Shown one piece after another: positions 9,092 through 18,210 of a stretch of 41,338 nt of DNA (position 1 is its first letter; each line of letters begins with the position of its first letter). The notes below the pieces were generated by a model that worked only from the letters and a program-made list of their open reading frames with translations, searched no databases and was not told the origin of the DNA. A program made the position numbers and the translations under genes. Origin of the DNA: a virus (taxonomy: Duplodnaviria > Caudoviricetes); IMG/VR virus record IMGVR_UViG_3300020045_008173, positions 1 through 41,338 of that record; one strand, 5' to 3'.

Positions 9092-11220
9092 TCCTCGCCC
9101 TTCTCACGATTAAACATATTCATTGACGATCTTGAAATGCTTTTATTTAATCCGCTTTTGTTTTGGGCTATATCTTCTTTTTTGAGTTTAGTATAGGCAC
9201 TACGCAACGCCTCTATCTTGCTCTTTGGGACGCCTACATGTTCTAGTTTATTAAACCACAATGGTAGTTGGGCTTTGTTTTTTATTTTGAGTCCAAATGA
9301 AGCTGCATCAATAAATTTAGGGTTTCCGAAAATATACTTGTTTAATCCTGATGCACCAATCCAAGCAGCTCCCAGCGTTCCAAGAGATGATACGGCTGAT
9401 AATCCTGCAGCACTACCAGTAAGAACGCCCCCTGCTGCTGTAGCACCAGTTGCTATTGTGTTGTATAATAAACTATGTGATGCAGTTCCAGAATGATTGG
9501 CCTCAGCAAGTGTAGCCTTCATCATGTCAATCGACTCAATGAGTGCCCTAACCTTTGGTTCACGAGTTTTGCCGTAATGCGATAACAATACGTCTTGAAC
9601 ATGTGGGTCTAAAGATTTGAAGTTCTTAGCAAATTCAATTGGTGAGAATTCATTTTGTCTGGTTTGTCCGAGTTCATGAAATATCGTACTCACAACCTTA
9701 TCTTTCTTTTCTTTCTTAGGAATATTCTCAAGCAGGATATTAGCCTTTTCTCCACCACGTTTGATATTGCTATACAATGAGTCAAATATACCTATATCGC
9801 TCTTGGAGCCTGCTGTGGACATTGAATTAATATGCGGAACTATCTTATCTTTGTATTTAGACCAATAGCTATTATACTCTCTCCAGCTCTCACCAGCACC
9901 TTTGCCAAGACCATCGAAATGCTTGCCAAGACCTTCGCTAATTGTACCATAAAGCTTCTTAAGATTTCCTTTATCTGCTGAAGCCGCGATATCAAAATGA
10001 TTCTTAGCTAAAGCCCCAACCTCTCTTCTGACATCGTCAAGATCTCCAAAGGGCACTAAAGACCTGCTAGCTGGAGTATATGGGTCATGATTTTGCATTC
10101 CCATTGATTGCAATTCTTTAAGAAAATGACCGCTAGGAGAAGCATCAAACTTAGCTATTCGTTCTGGTGTCTTTAGGGCTTTCCGTTTGTTTTGCAAGAA
10201 TCGCAATGGCTCTGAAATGCTAACTAGGTTACCTTTAGGGCTATCAATATGCTTAACAATATCCTCGCGAAGCTTATTAGCATGCGTATTGTATTTATTT
10301 TGAGTTTCATTGATTACTTGTTTACCATATTCCCCGAATTCTTGCTTAGACATTGGATTTTCTATACCAAGTTCGGAAGCGATCTTAGCTGGTCTTGCTT
10401 TATAAATATTAGATAGGTTTTCAGGGGCAAAAGGTAGCTTAGAAGTGCCTGTTTGTGCAATCTTTGTCCATTTATTATTAGTTACATCAGCAACGGTTTT
10501 AAGATCACCAAGCCCAGCTTGATTGAACTTATCAACCATTTCTGGTTTAATACCAGTAATCTCACCTATTGTTGTCGCAAAAGGCTTAGGTCGTGCAAAT
10601 TTTGCACCACCATGTACTAACGTTCCAGCCCCTGCCCCAAGTAAAAAGGCCTCGGTTGGGTTATTAGTCTGTTCCATACGCTTTTGTATAACGCCAGATG
10701 TAACTGCATTAGCTGCAACATTCGTAGGTGTAGCAACATTGCCTGATTGCATGAATCTGCCGATATGCTTTAAAGCTTTTGGTGCATTTTTAACAATCGT
10801 TTTGCCTGCTCCGCTTAGTGTAGGCATAGAAGCGATTGCCTCAGTTATTGAAGCTGCAACGCGCTCCCCTTCGGTTGAAGGTTTCGTATAATCATCTGTA
10901 GCCCAATCAATACCCTTTGCAACGGCTTCGCTCGGTAAATAATAGTCTTGACCAGTTAAGGCTTTTATTGGCGCACCAATAGCAGCTGTAGGTATGTCAA
11001 GAGCACTTGCAAGACCAACTGCCGTATTACGAGCACCCTTTGCAAATTGGTTTAAATATCCACTAGGCTTAGGCTTAGGTTCTTCGATTGGTGTTGAGGG
11101 TGATCCAGCAATAGAAGCCAATTCTTCATCGCTCATATCTGCTAGAATCGAAGAAAAATTACCACCCGCAACTTCTTTGAGCTGCTCATCACTAAGTTTA
11201 GAAAACCTAGATTCAAGCAT
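9088..11220 (-). CDS. Large internal virion / DNA ejection protein
   Basis: 710 aa, helical, N-terminal SDEQL/SDEEL repeats, two Gly/Ala hydrophobic stretches; last gene of the ejection block before lysis. Confidence 0.6.
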   Translation of the reverse strand: MLESRFSKLSDEQLKEVAGGNFSSILADMSDEELASIAGSPSTPIEEPKPKPSGYLNQFAKGARNTAVGLASALDIPTAAIGAPIKALTGQDYYLPSEAVAKGIDWATDDYTKPSTEGERVAASITEAIASMPTLSGAGKTIVKNAPKALKHIGRFMQSGNVATPTNVAANAVTSGVIQKRMEQTNNPTEAFLLGAGAGTLVHGGAKFARPKPFATTIGEITGIKPEMVDKFNQAGLGDLKTVADVTNNKWTKIAQTGTSKLPFAPENLSNIYKARPAKIASELGIENPMSKQEFGEYGKQVINETQNKYNTHANKLREDIVKHIDSPKGNLVSISEPLRFLQNKRKALKTPERIAKFDASPSGHFLKELQSMGMQNHDPYTPASRSLVPFGDLDDVRREVGALAKNHFDIAASADKGNLKKLYGTISEGLGKHFDGLGKGAGESWREYNSYWSKYKDKIVPHINSMSTAGSKSDIGIFDSLYSNIKRGGEKANILLENIPKKEKKDKVVSTIFHELGQTRQNEFSPIEFAKNFKSLDPHVQDVLLSHYGKTREPKVRALIESIDMMKATLAEANHSGTASHSLLYNTIATGATAAGGVLTGSAAGLSAVSSLGTLGAAWIGASGLNKYIFGNPKFIDAASFGLKIKNKAQLPLWFNKLEHVGVPKSKIEALRSAYTKLKKEDIAQNKSGLNKSISRSSMNMFNREKGEE

Positions 11221-14086
11221 GGTTTGCCCCCAGTAGATTTTTAAGAGATTCCTTCTTGGTCATTATTACCGCCTGTCCACCACGTGCATGTTTAGACCGC
11301 ATACGTTGTTCATCTTTAGCTTGGGCTACAAGTTCTTTTGCTAGATTACTAGTAGGTTGTTGTGTTTGTTGTTGTTTTGCTTCTTGTGGCTGAGTAGAGT
11401 CGCCATTTAGGGTATCATAAGGAGATGAGTTAACATTATCTTCATTGACGGTTAAATCCTCGTTTAGGAGTGGATGGCTATTAGCCCAAGTCTTAAACAT
11501 TTTTTGAGCCTGAATAGGCTGAACTCCGTAGTTCTCGGTCATATCAAAAACGAACGATTCTAGTTCTTGCGCGCGCTTACTCAAAGCTAACCCACTTTGA
11601 ATTATCTTTTCGTTACCTTTGGTTGACCTACTTAAATCTGGTGCAGTACTTAACCATAATTCCATATCTCTATCTGATTGCGCCCCCTTTTGTGTAGCTG
11701 TAACATTAGCTACTAACTTATTTTTAGCTGCAACAAATGATTCTCTGGAAGATTGTGTTTCTGGCGATGTTACATTCATATACCAATCGGGCTTTTTCAT
11801 TCCTAGAGTTGATGTATCACCAACTTGTTTATTTAAACTTTCGAGTGTTTTGAGTGTATCTTCAGTTTCCCTAGATGCATCACCATGCGCTGAAATTCCT
11901 TCGAGTTTTTTCTCGTTTATTTTAGCCATAAGCTTTTGTGTAGGTGTCTGCGGTTGTGCTTTATTAGAAGCAGCCAATCTTCTAATTGCTAAATCCTCGA
12001 GATCGAGCTTATGTTTAAACACCCTATCTTCCTGCACCCTTCTGCTCTCAGCAATCATTTTGCGTAGATTCAATGCCTGAGTACGTCTGGTCTCATCAGC
12101 GTCTTGATGATCGCGATATGCCTGATTGCCTTGCGGTATAGCTTCAGCGATAGCGCGCATTGGGTTAGCATGCTGACTCGTTGCAATACCCCTTCCCACT
12201 CCAGCTAGCATAGACCACATAGGATTGCCTGAACTTTGCTCCATTTTGTTTGTAGCCATTTGCAAGCGGTTTTGGTAATCCTGTTCTTCTGGTAACATTG
12301 CAGATGGCATTGCTAAACCACCGCCTGCAAGTCTTATACGACCACCTGCAGCATTCTTATTGCGTTGCATATTGGCAAATGTTTCAAGTAAGCCACCACC
12401 TATTTGCGTTGCAGCATTTGGTTGTGGTGCATTATATTTAGTTTCATAAACGTAGGAAGGTACTTGTAAACCACGTACAGCCGCATTTTCACGTTCGAAC
12501 ATTTTGAATGGGTGCTCCTGTTGTTTAGCCCAATCTTCGTAGTCACGATTGAGTTTTTCTTGGTTAATAAGCTGTGCTCTGCTTCCTAAGCGTTCAAGTT
12601 CAGATATATTACCAGCTTGGTCTTTCATTTCAGCAGATTTAAGGTCTTTTAACTCAGCACCACCAGCAATTTTGCGTTTCATGTCTTCTTGCGCGTTTTG
12701 AATGGCAGACTGATGACCACGATGGCCGATTTCACCTAAAGCTTCGCCCATTCCACGCATATGCTCCTCAGTAGCACGGTTAACTGCATTTTGACGACCT
12801 GATGAATCCCAAGCACCACGATTGATAAAATTCGCCTCAATTCCAGGCAGGATATCGTTCTTGTAATGCTCAGTCATACGGCGTTGTATGCCATTCATTA
12901 CCTCTTCTTCATACTGATTTTTGTATGGAACCATAGCCTCATAAGCAGGAGTGTTAGTTCCCTCGACTAGGTTCTGCTGTGCATGGGTAAATAGTTTTTT
13001 TAGTTCAGGGTTCTCAAGATTCTGATAAGATTTCTCAGCAGCGATTTCTTGCAATGGTGTTAAACCAGCAGAGCGTTGACCCTCGTACTTCTTGTAAGGC
13101 ATTTGAGATTGTGCCCTAGCCCCACGAATTGTATTCATCAGCATACCAGATGGGCCGATCATCCACTCTGGTTGCGACTCATACAGTGTACCAGCTGCCT
13201 TTGAATTCGTTGCGTTCTTAGTTATATCTTCTTCACGTTGTTCTTCTATTCCCTTTCTTTTTGCTTCTGACTTTTGAAATTCCTCGTATTCCTTTTGTTG
13301 CTCAACATCCGTTAGAGCACCAGTTTTCTCTTCCTGAACAGCTAGTTTTAACTCATCAGCATATTTAGCTGGGTTTTCATCTTTTAATTTTTGCAACCAT
13401 GGACGACTTGCTAATGCTCGATCTTGGAGAAAAGCATCCTCCTTGTTTGCTGCAACCGCTTCTGTATGTTGCTTGATTCTGCCTGGCAGTTCGAGTTTGG
13501 CTAAATGTTCCGCCTTTTTAACTTCATTATGGAGAGCCTGTGTTTCGGTATCACGTTCAAAATGCGCACGTTCCCCTTGCTCATTAAGCTCAGCAATGGA
13601 TACACTGTTGGGGTTAAGACGATGCTTTTCTTTTAATGCTCGGTATTTGTCTTGCTCGGTGAGTCTTGGTACGGCCTTAGGAGCTTCAGTCTGGCTGGCA
13701 TTTGCTGGTTCGTACTTCTTACGCCATTTTTCAAATTCAGTTTGAAATTTTTCACGTTGGGCACGTTCTAGATTGATTTCTTGTTGGTGTTTAGTGAGTT
13801 GCGTGTCTGATGCTTCTTTATCAATATCTCGCCTTAATTCAGATAAAGCTTTTTGCTGTGTATTACTTGTATGAGATGATCTAAGAATTGCATTTTCAAG
13901 TTTTGATTTAAAATCGGCTTTGCTCCTCCCGCCAAGTCCAAGTCGATTATTTTCTGTGGTCCATTGGTAATTGTTTTCATCTACGTGATCTATCACTGAT
14001 TTCAAGTCAGATGTGTAAGCCAAATTATCACTAAGTGTTTTTTCAAGCTCAGCTAGTCTCTTGTTTTTTTCCTCTAAAGTAGCCAT
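11213..14086 (-). CDS. Internal virion / DNA transfer (ejection) protein
   Basis: 957-aa coiled-coil protein. The Y.GQRSAGLTPLQ and PY..QYEEEV...RGAWDSSGR segments resemble podoviral DNA-transfer proteins. Carries AAGG/LAGGG/ARGG motifs. Confidence 0.6.
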   Translation of the reverse strand: MATLEEKNKRLAELEKTLSDNLAYTSDLKSVIDHVDENNYQWTTENNRLGLGGRSKADFKSKLENAILRSSHTSNTQQKALSELRRDIDKEASDTQLTKHQQEINLERAQREKFQTEFEKWRKKYEPANASQTEAPKAVPRLTEQDKYRALKEKHRLNPNSVSIAELNEQGERAHFERDTETQALHNEVKKAEHLAKLELPGRIKQHTEAVAANKEDAFLQDRALASRPWLQKLKDENPAKYADELKLAVQEEKTGALTDVEQQKEYEEFQKSEAKRKGIEEQREEDITKNATNSKAAGTLYESQPEWMIGPSGMLMNTIRGARAQSQMPYKKYEGQRSAGLTPLQEIAAEKSYQNLENPELKKLFTHAQQNLVEGTNTPAYEAMVPYKNQYEEEVMNGIQRRMTEHYKNDILPGIEANFINRGAWDSSGRQNAVNRATEEHMRGMGEALGEIGHRGHQSAIQNAQEDMKRKIAGGAELKDLKSAEMKDQAGNISELERLGSRAQLINQEKLNRDYEDWAKQQEHPFKMFERENAAVRGLQVPSYVYETKYNAPQPNAATQIGGGLLETFANMQRNKNAAGGRIRLAGGGLAMPSAMLPEEQDYQNRLQMATNKMEQSSGNPMWSMLAGVGRGIATSQHANPMRAIAEAIPQGNQAYRDHQDADETRRTQALNLRKMIAESRRVQEDRVFKHKLDLEDLAIRRLAASNKAQPQTPTQKLMAKINEKKLEGISAHGDASRETEDTLKTLESLNKQVGDTSTLGMKKPDWYMNVTSPETQSSRESFVAAKNKLVANVTATQKGAQSDRDMELWLSTAPDLSRSTKGNEKIIQSGLALSKRAQELESFVFDMTENYGVQPIQAQKMFKTWANSHPLLNEDLTVNEDNVNSSPYDTLNGDSTQPQEAKQQQTQQPTSNLAKELVAQAKDEQRMRSKHARGGQAVIMTKKESLKNLLGANHA

Positions 14087-14087
14087 A

Positions 14088-15701
14088 TCATCCCACCATT
14101 AATTTAAATTGTTTAGGAAAATACGCCTCAATATGTTTAGCCTTAGGCGGCAGTTCAGTACCGTTGCTATTCTTGTGTTTTCGCAAGTTTTTGCGCATGA
14201 TATCTAGCATGTTAGCACCTTTGTCGTTGCTGCCATTACCAATTATAGTAACAGTCCTGCGGTCTATGATATGCTCGCCTGGAGATAAGGCTGCTGGTAT
14301 GATTCTGCTCTTATCCAGATCAAGAATCTTGCCACCCTTAGCTAGCGATACCTTTGGTAATGGGTGTTTTGCATGTAACTTTTTAACCATATCAGCTAAA
14401 GCTGCATGACCTGCTCCTGAATATCCATCACCAAGATCGCTGGTAGTAGAAGCATCCATTACATAATCACCTTCTTTGAGCTGCGCAGGCACACGATCTT
14501 CCTGACCTCTTCCTGGGCCATTAATTGGTCTTGAATGATTTTTGGCTTTAAGTTCACGCATCTTCGCTAAGCCTCGATCAGCTGGCACATGTCCACCTTT
14601 GGCATATTCTGTATAATAAGGTGCTGGTTTATCGCGATAATGCTTAAATTCATACGATGAATTCATGCGTTCTTCTGGACTACGGAAATCCCTAGCTGGC
14701 AAATCTTTGAAGTTCTTAACTGTACCTATTTTTAGATCCGCACCAGACAATAACCTGCCTCTGCGATTTTGTGCATCAAGGTCTTCCTGTGCCTTGCGTT
14801 CATCCTGTTTATATTGTTTATTGCCTTTGGCCATCATGCCAACTGCGGCAAGAGGCAACACCCATGGCGATGACATCAGTGATGAAAAGAATCCTGGTGC
14901 GGCTGCTGCAGCTCCTGTGCCTGCTGCTGCAGTGCCTGCTGCTGCAGTTCCAGCGGCTGCTCCTGTACCTGCGGCTGCTCCACCGAACCCAAGGCTTCCA
15001 GCAAGGCTACTTCCTACATGAGAAGCTGCGCCACCTAAAGTTGTTGCTCCACCAAATGCACCCATCATTCCAAGAGCGTTAACTCCCACTCCACCAAGTC
15101 CGCCGCGAAGTGCGCCAGTAGCAAATTTACCACCTGAAACTTGATGTGCTAATCCTCCAGCAGCTGCCGCCCCTAGTGGGCCACCTACAAGATAACCACC
15201 AACCATTGCGGCAACACGCAGTGCGCTTTTCCAGAATCCATACATAGGTAATCCAGTATGTGGATTAGTTTTGGGTTTGCCCTGAACTGAATCTAGAAAG
15301 TTAAGAAACGGTACAGGCATTAATGCAAGTTCATCATCACCATCAGTACCTTCAGATTCAAGTTTCTGGACTTCTGGATTGCTATCAGCAGGACTTGGAA
15401 TAAATTTCTCATGTTTTTGCGGGGAGAGTTTTTCTAGGCCTTTTATAGCTAACTCCTGAGGTTCAACCTTATTTTTCTCAATATTATAAGCATCAGCGAG
15501 CATTTTCTTCATCTTAGGATTATTCACCACATCCCAAAGTTTACTATATTCACGAAGTCCAGTAGCCTCATCAACGGAAGCACCCCCTTGCAAACTATCC
15601 AGATACTCAAGTTCCTCGTGGCCAAAATGCGCTACCATCATTGGAATATGTCTTTCGACATCCTCAGGAACTTTCTCTAATACCGATAAATCTATTGCCA
15701 T
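14088..15701 (-). CDS. Putative internal virion (pilot/ejection) protein with glycine-zipper region
   Basis: Duplicated N-terminal GDxxLA...NPxTGL domain, Gly/Ala hydrophobic core, C-terminal GPGRGQEDRVPAQLKEGDYV domain present twice. Confidence 0.6.
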   Translation of the reverse strand: MAIDLSVLEKVPEDVERHIPMMVAHFGHEELEYLDSLQGGASVDEATGLREYSKLWDVVNNPKMKKMLADAYNIEKNKVEPQELAIKGLEKLSPQKHEKFIPSPADSNPEVQKLESEGTDGDDELALMPVPFLNFLDSVQGKPKTNPHTGLPMYGFWKSALRVAAMVGGYLVGGPLGAAAAGGLAHQVSGGKFATGALRGGLGGVGVNALGMMGAFGGATTLGGAASHVGSSLAGSLGFGGAAAGTGAAAGTAAAGTAAAGTGAAAAAPGFFSSLMSSPWVLPLAAVGMMAKGNKQYKQDERKAQEDLDAQNRRGRLLSGADLKIGTVKNFKDLPARDFRSPEERMNSSYEFKHYRDKPAPYYTEYAKGGHVPADRGLAKMRELKAKNHSRPINGPGRGQEDRVPAQLKEGDYVMDASTTSDLGDGYSGAGHAALADMVKKLHAKHPLPKVSLAKGGKILDLDKSRIIPAALSPGEHIIDRRTVTIIGNGSNDKGANMLDIMRKNLRKHKNSNGTELPPKAKHIEAYFPKQFKLMVG

Positions 15702-15703
15702 GA

Positions 15704-16723
15704 TTATTGCCCCTCATATGGTCTTGCATCATAGAATTGCTCTTCTTGATAGGGAGCAACACGTTTACCCATACCAGCAAGTCCTGTCATTTGCGGTGCT
15801 CTTGGTGGTTGTGCACCTTGATACTGTGGAGCTACTGGAATATCACCAGCAGATGGATACTCGCCACGATCACCGCCAAAATCGTGCATATTATCGATAG
15901 CTTCTGCGCCTTGTGGCTGCTGTTGTTGCATTTGCTCACGTTGCATAGCTTGTTGAGCCTCCATTTGTTTTTTGTGCATGTACATTGCAGGTCCAATTGA
16001 AGCTGCTGTCTCTAATACTGGTTTTGCTACTGCTTTAAGGCCACTACCAAGGGCACCAGCTGCACTTCTTGCCATAGGGGCTGCTGCTCTAGCTGCATTA
16101 CCAAGACCCGTTGCTGCTGCTCTTCCAGCACCAGCGAGTCCACTAGCTGCTCTACCAGCGCCACTTGCCAGTGCACTGCCTGCTGATCTCGCACCTGATG
16201 CTAACGCGCTTCCTGCTGTCCTTGCCATTGCTGGGATTGCTCTTGCTGCACCAGATGCCATACCACGCATAGCACCACCAATTGCAGGAGCTGCAGCTTT
16301 AAATAAATTACCAGCCATACCCATTAGTGATCCGAGGAAATACTCATGTTTACCGTCAATTGGGTTTATTGAAGGACCGCCAATCATACGATCAAACAAA
16401 TGCACCGCATGTCTTGGGATTTTCACTAATTCAGTATCGCCAAATCTTCCATCCATACGATTGGCTTTAATGTGATGTGGCATACCATGTTCACCACCCA
16501 TTGCCACATGGCCATGATGATGATTGACCATATGTTCTGCAATATGTGGATTCTTAAACATAGGCAGTTTAAACTCACGTATTCCTGCTTTATCCCGATG
16601 GTCACCGCCATCGATATGCTCTAAGGCTGCAACCTCTTCCTTGTTCATGTGCACAGCTTCCATGGAGCGTTCACTCCCGCGTTTTTGCTGTGGTTTATGT
16701 CTTAAATGTTCTAAATCTAGCAT
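15704..16723 (-). CDS. Putative internal virion protein, paralog with His-rich linker and Ala/Gly/Arg repeats
   Basis: GRFGDTELVKIP...SINPIDGKHEYF; same N-terminal architecture as its neighbours. Confidence 0.6.
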   Translation of the reverse strand: MLDLEHLRHKPQQKRGSERSMEAVHMNKEEVAALEHIDGGDHRDKAGIREFKLPMFKNPHIAEHMVNHHHGHVAMGGEHGMPHHIKANRMDGRFGDTELVKIPRHAVHLFDRMIGGPSINPIDGKHEYFLGSLMGMAGNLFKAAAPAIGGAMRGMASGAARAIPAMARTAGSALASGARSAGSALASGAGRAASGLAGAGRAAATGLGNAARAAAPMARSAAGALGSGLKAVAKPVLETAASIGPAMYMHKKQMEAQQAMQREQMQQQQPQGAEAIDNMHDFGGDRGEYPSAGDIPVAPQYQGAQPPRAPQMTGLAGMGKRVAPYQEEQFYDARPYEGQ

Positions 16724-16737
16724 GTCGTTCTCCTTTA

Positions 16738-17898
16738 TTAATCTACATCGTCAAGAATTGGTCCTGGAGCTTGAGGTTGTGGCCTTAGCTGTGGGAACAT
16801 TCTGTAAGTGGCTTCATCTTGTGATAGGGCTGGACCATGCATTGCTGCAAAGGCGTTTGCTGGCGCACTCATAGCACGATATGCTGCTGATCCAATATTT
16901 GGTACTTCGGCAGCGATACCGCCTGCGATATTGCGAACTGGTTCTGGTAATCCGCGATATGCAGTTGCGGCTGAATCTGCTAAATGTCCAGGAATATTGG
17001 CCACAGCTTGACCAGCTCTAGCAGCCGACCTACCAACAGCAGCGGGTACAGCAGCAGCCATATTACCAACAGCCTCCCCAGCTCCACCGCCGAGCTTAGC
17101 CCCATATTTACCGCCGTAATGTTTACCTAGCATTGTACCAGCAGCACCTCCAAGGCCAACACCAAGTCCAGCTCCAGCTAGTCTGCCCAGATGACCATAT
17201 TGACCACCATATTGACTACCAATATGTGCCCCGAGTTCACTACCCGCAAAACCAAGTAATCCAGCTCCAGCTGTAGAACCAAGTAATTTGCCAACGCCAG
17301 CTCCAGCACTACGACCCATCGAGGCTAATCTGCCAAGTGGAGCTGCTGGTGCAGCTGGTGCTGCAGGTACATCAGGTCTATTTCTGCGCATTAGATCAAG
17401 TGCACGAGCACCAGTTTTAATTGCATGCTTACCCATATCTTTCATTGCCTGAAATGGAATGTTAGACACAGCACCTTGTAGGAAATTACTAAGACCCGAA
17501 GCATTGAAATACTCGTGCTTACCGTCTTTAGGATTGAGACTTCTGCCATAGACGGAATCAAGCAATTCAGCCATGCCAGTCGGAATAGAGGCTAGTTGAG
17601 TATCGCCGTGTCTGCCATGGTTCTTGAGTCGCTCAAGCATGTTATCTGACTCATGGAAATGGCCTTTTGTATTCTCGTGATGATCCTTGAAGTTTTGTTG
17701 CATTTGCGGGTGGTAAAGTACATGTTCCCAAAGGTTTTTAAACTGGGGAATACCATGCGCATCCTTGGTTACTTCACCTTGAGCAGCATTCATGGCACTG
17801 ATTTCTCTAGGATTGAAATGGGCAAGAACCATTGTTTCCTTTTTAGGTCGCTTTGAGCCGTGTTTCTCAGTTCTCTCTAATGATTCTAATTCGTACAT
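16738..17898 (-). CDS. Putative internal virion protein, paralog with glycine zipper
   Basis: GRHGDTQLASIP...SLNPKDGKHEYF; GxxxG-rich central region. Confidence 0.6.
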   Translation of the reverse strand: MYELESLERTEKHGSKRPKKETMVLAHFNPREISAMNAAQGEVTKDAHGIPQFKNLWEHVLYHPQMQQNFKDHHENTKGHFHESDNMLERLKNHGRHGDTQLASIPTGMAELLDSVYGRSLNPKDGKHEYFNASGLSNFLQGAVSNIPFQAMKDMGKHAIKTGARALDLMRRNRPDVPAAPAAPAAPLGRLASMGRSAGAGVGKLLGSTAGAGLLGFAGSELGAHIGSQYGGQYGHLGRLAGAGLGVGLGGAAGTMLGKHYGGKYGAKLGGGAGEAVGNMAAAVPAAVGRSAARAGQAVANIPGHLADSAATAYRGLPEPVRNIAGGIAAEVPNIGSAAYRAMSAPANAFAAMHGPALSQDEATYRMFPQLRPQPQAPGPILDDVD

Positions 17899-17955
17899 TT
17901 GCGACCTATCGTTAATATATTAATATATACTACAAAGTAATTAATTGGTAAACCC

Positions 17956-18210
17956 TTAGTTGTTTGGTAAATTGCTAATAAATGCCATTGCCCACTTCCT
18001 CCAGCCATCTGGTCCAGGGTAAAACTCAACGCTAGCACTTGGAATCGTCCCTAAACGTGTGTTTTGGGTCAGTTGATCGACTAGATCCATCCATTTGGAT
18101 TCATCTACAACTACTGGTAAAACGGCCTTACCGATTAAATCGCTGTTGAGTTGACTCCACCACTGGGTAAATGTCATATTGGCGGTAGGGATTAATGGTG
18201 CACTAGACAT
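17956..18210 (-). CDS. Small conserved phage protein
   Basis: 84 aa, Trp-spaced pattern (FTQWW...KW...WRKWA), overlaps the tail gene end. Confidence 0.7.
   Translation of the reverse strand: MSSAPLIPTANMTFTQWWSQLNSDLIGKAVLPVVVDESKWMDLVDQLTQNTRLGTIPSASVEFYPGPDGWRKWAMAFISNLPNN

Noticed and set aside
14880-14985. GCTGCTGC-type DNA repeats
   Set aside because: Explained by the encoded AAAGT peptide repeats, not an independent DNA element.
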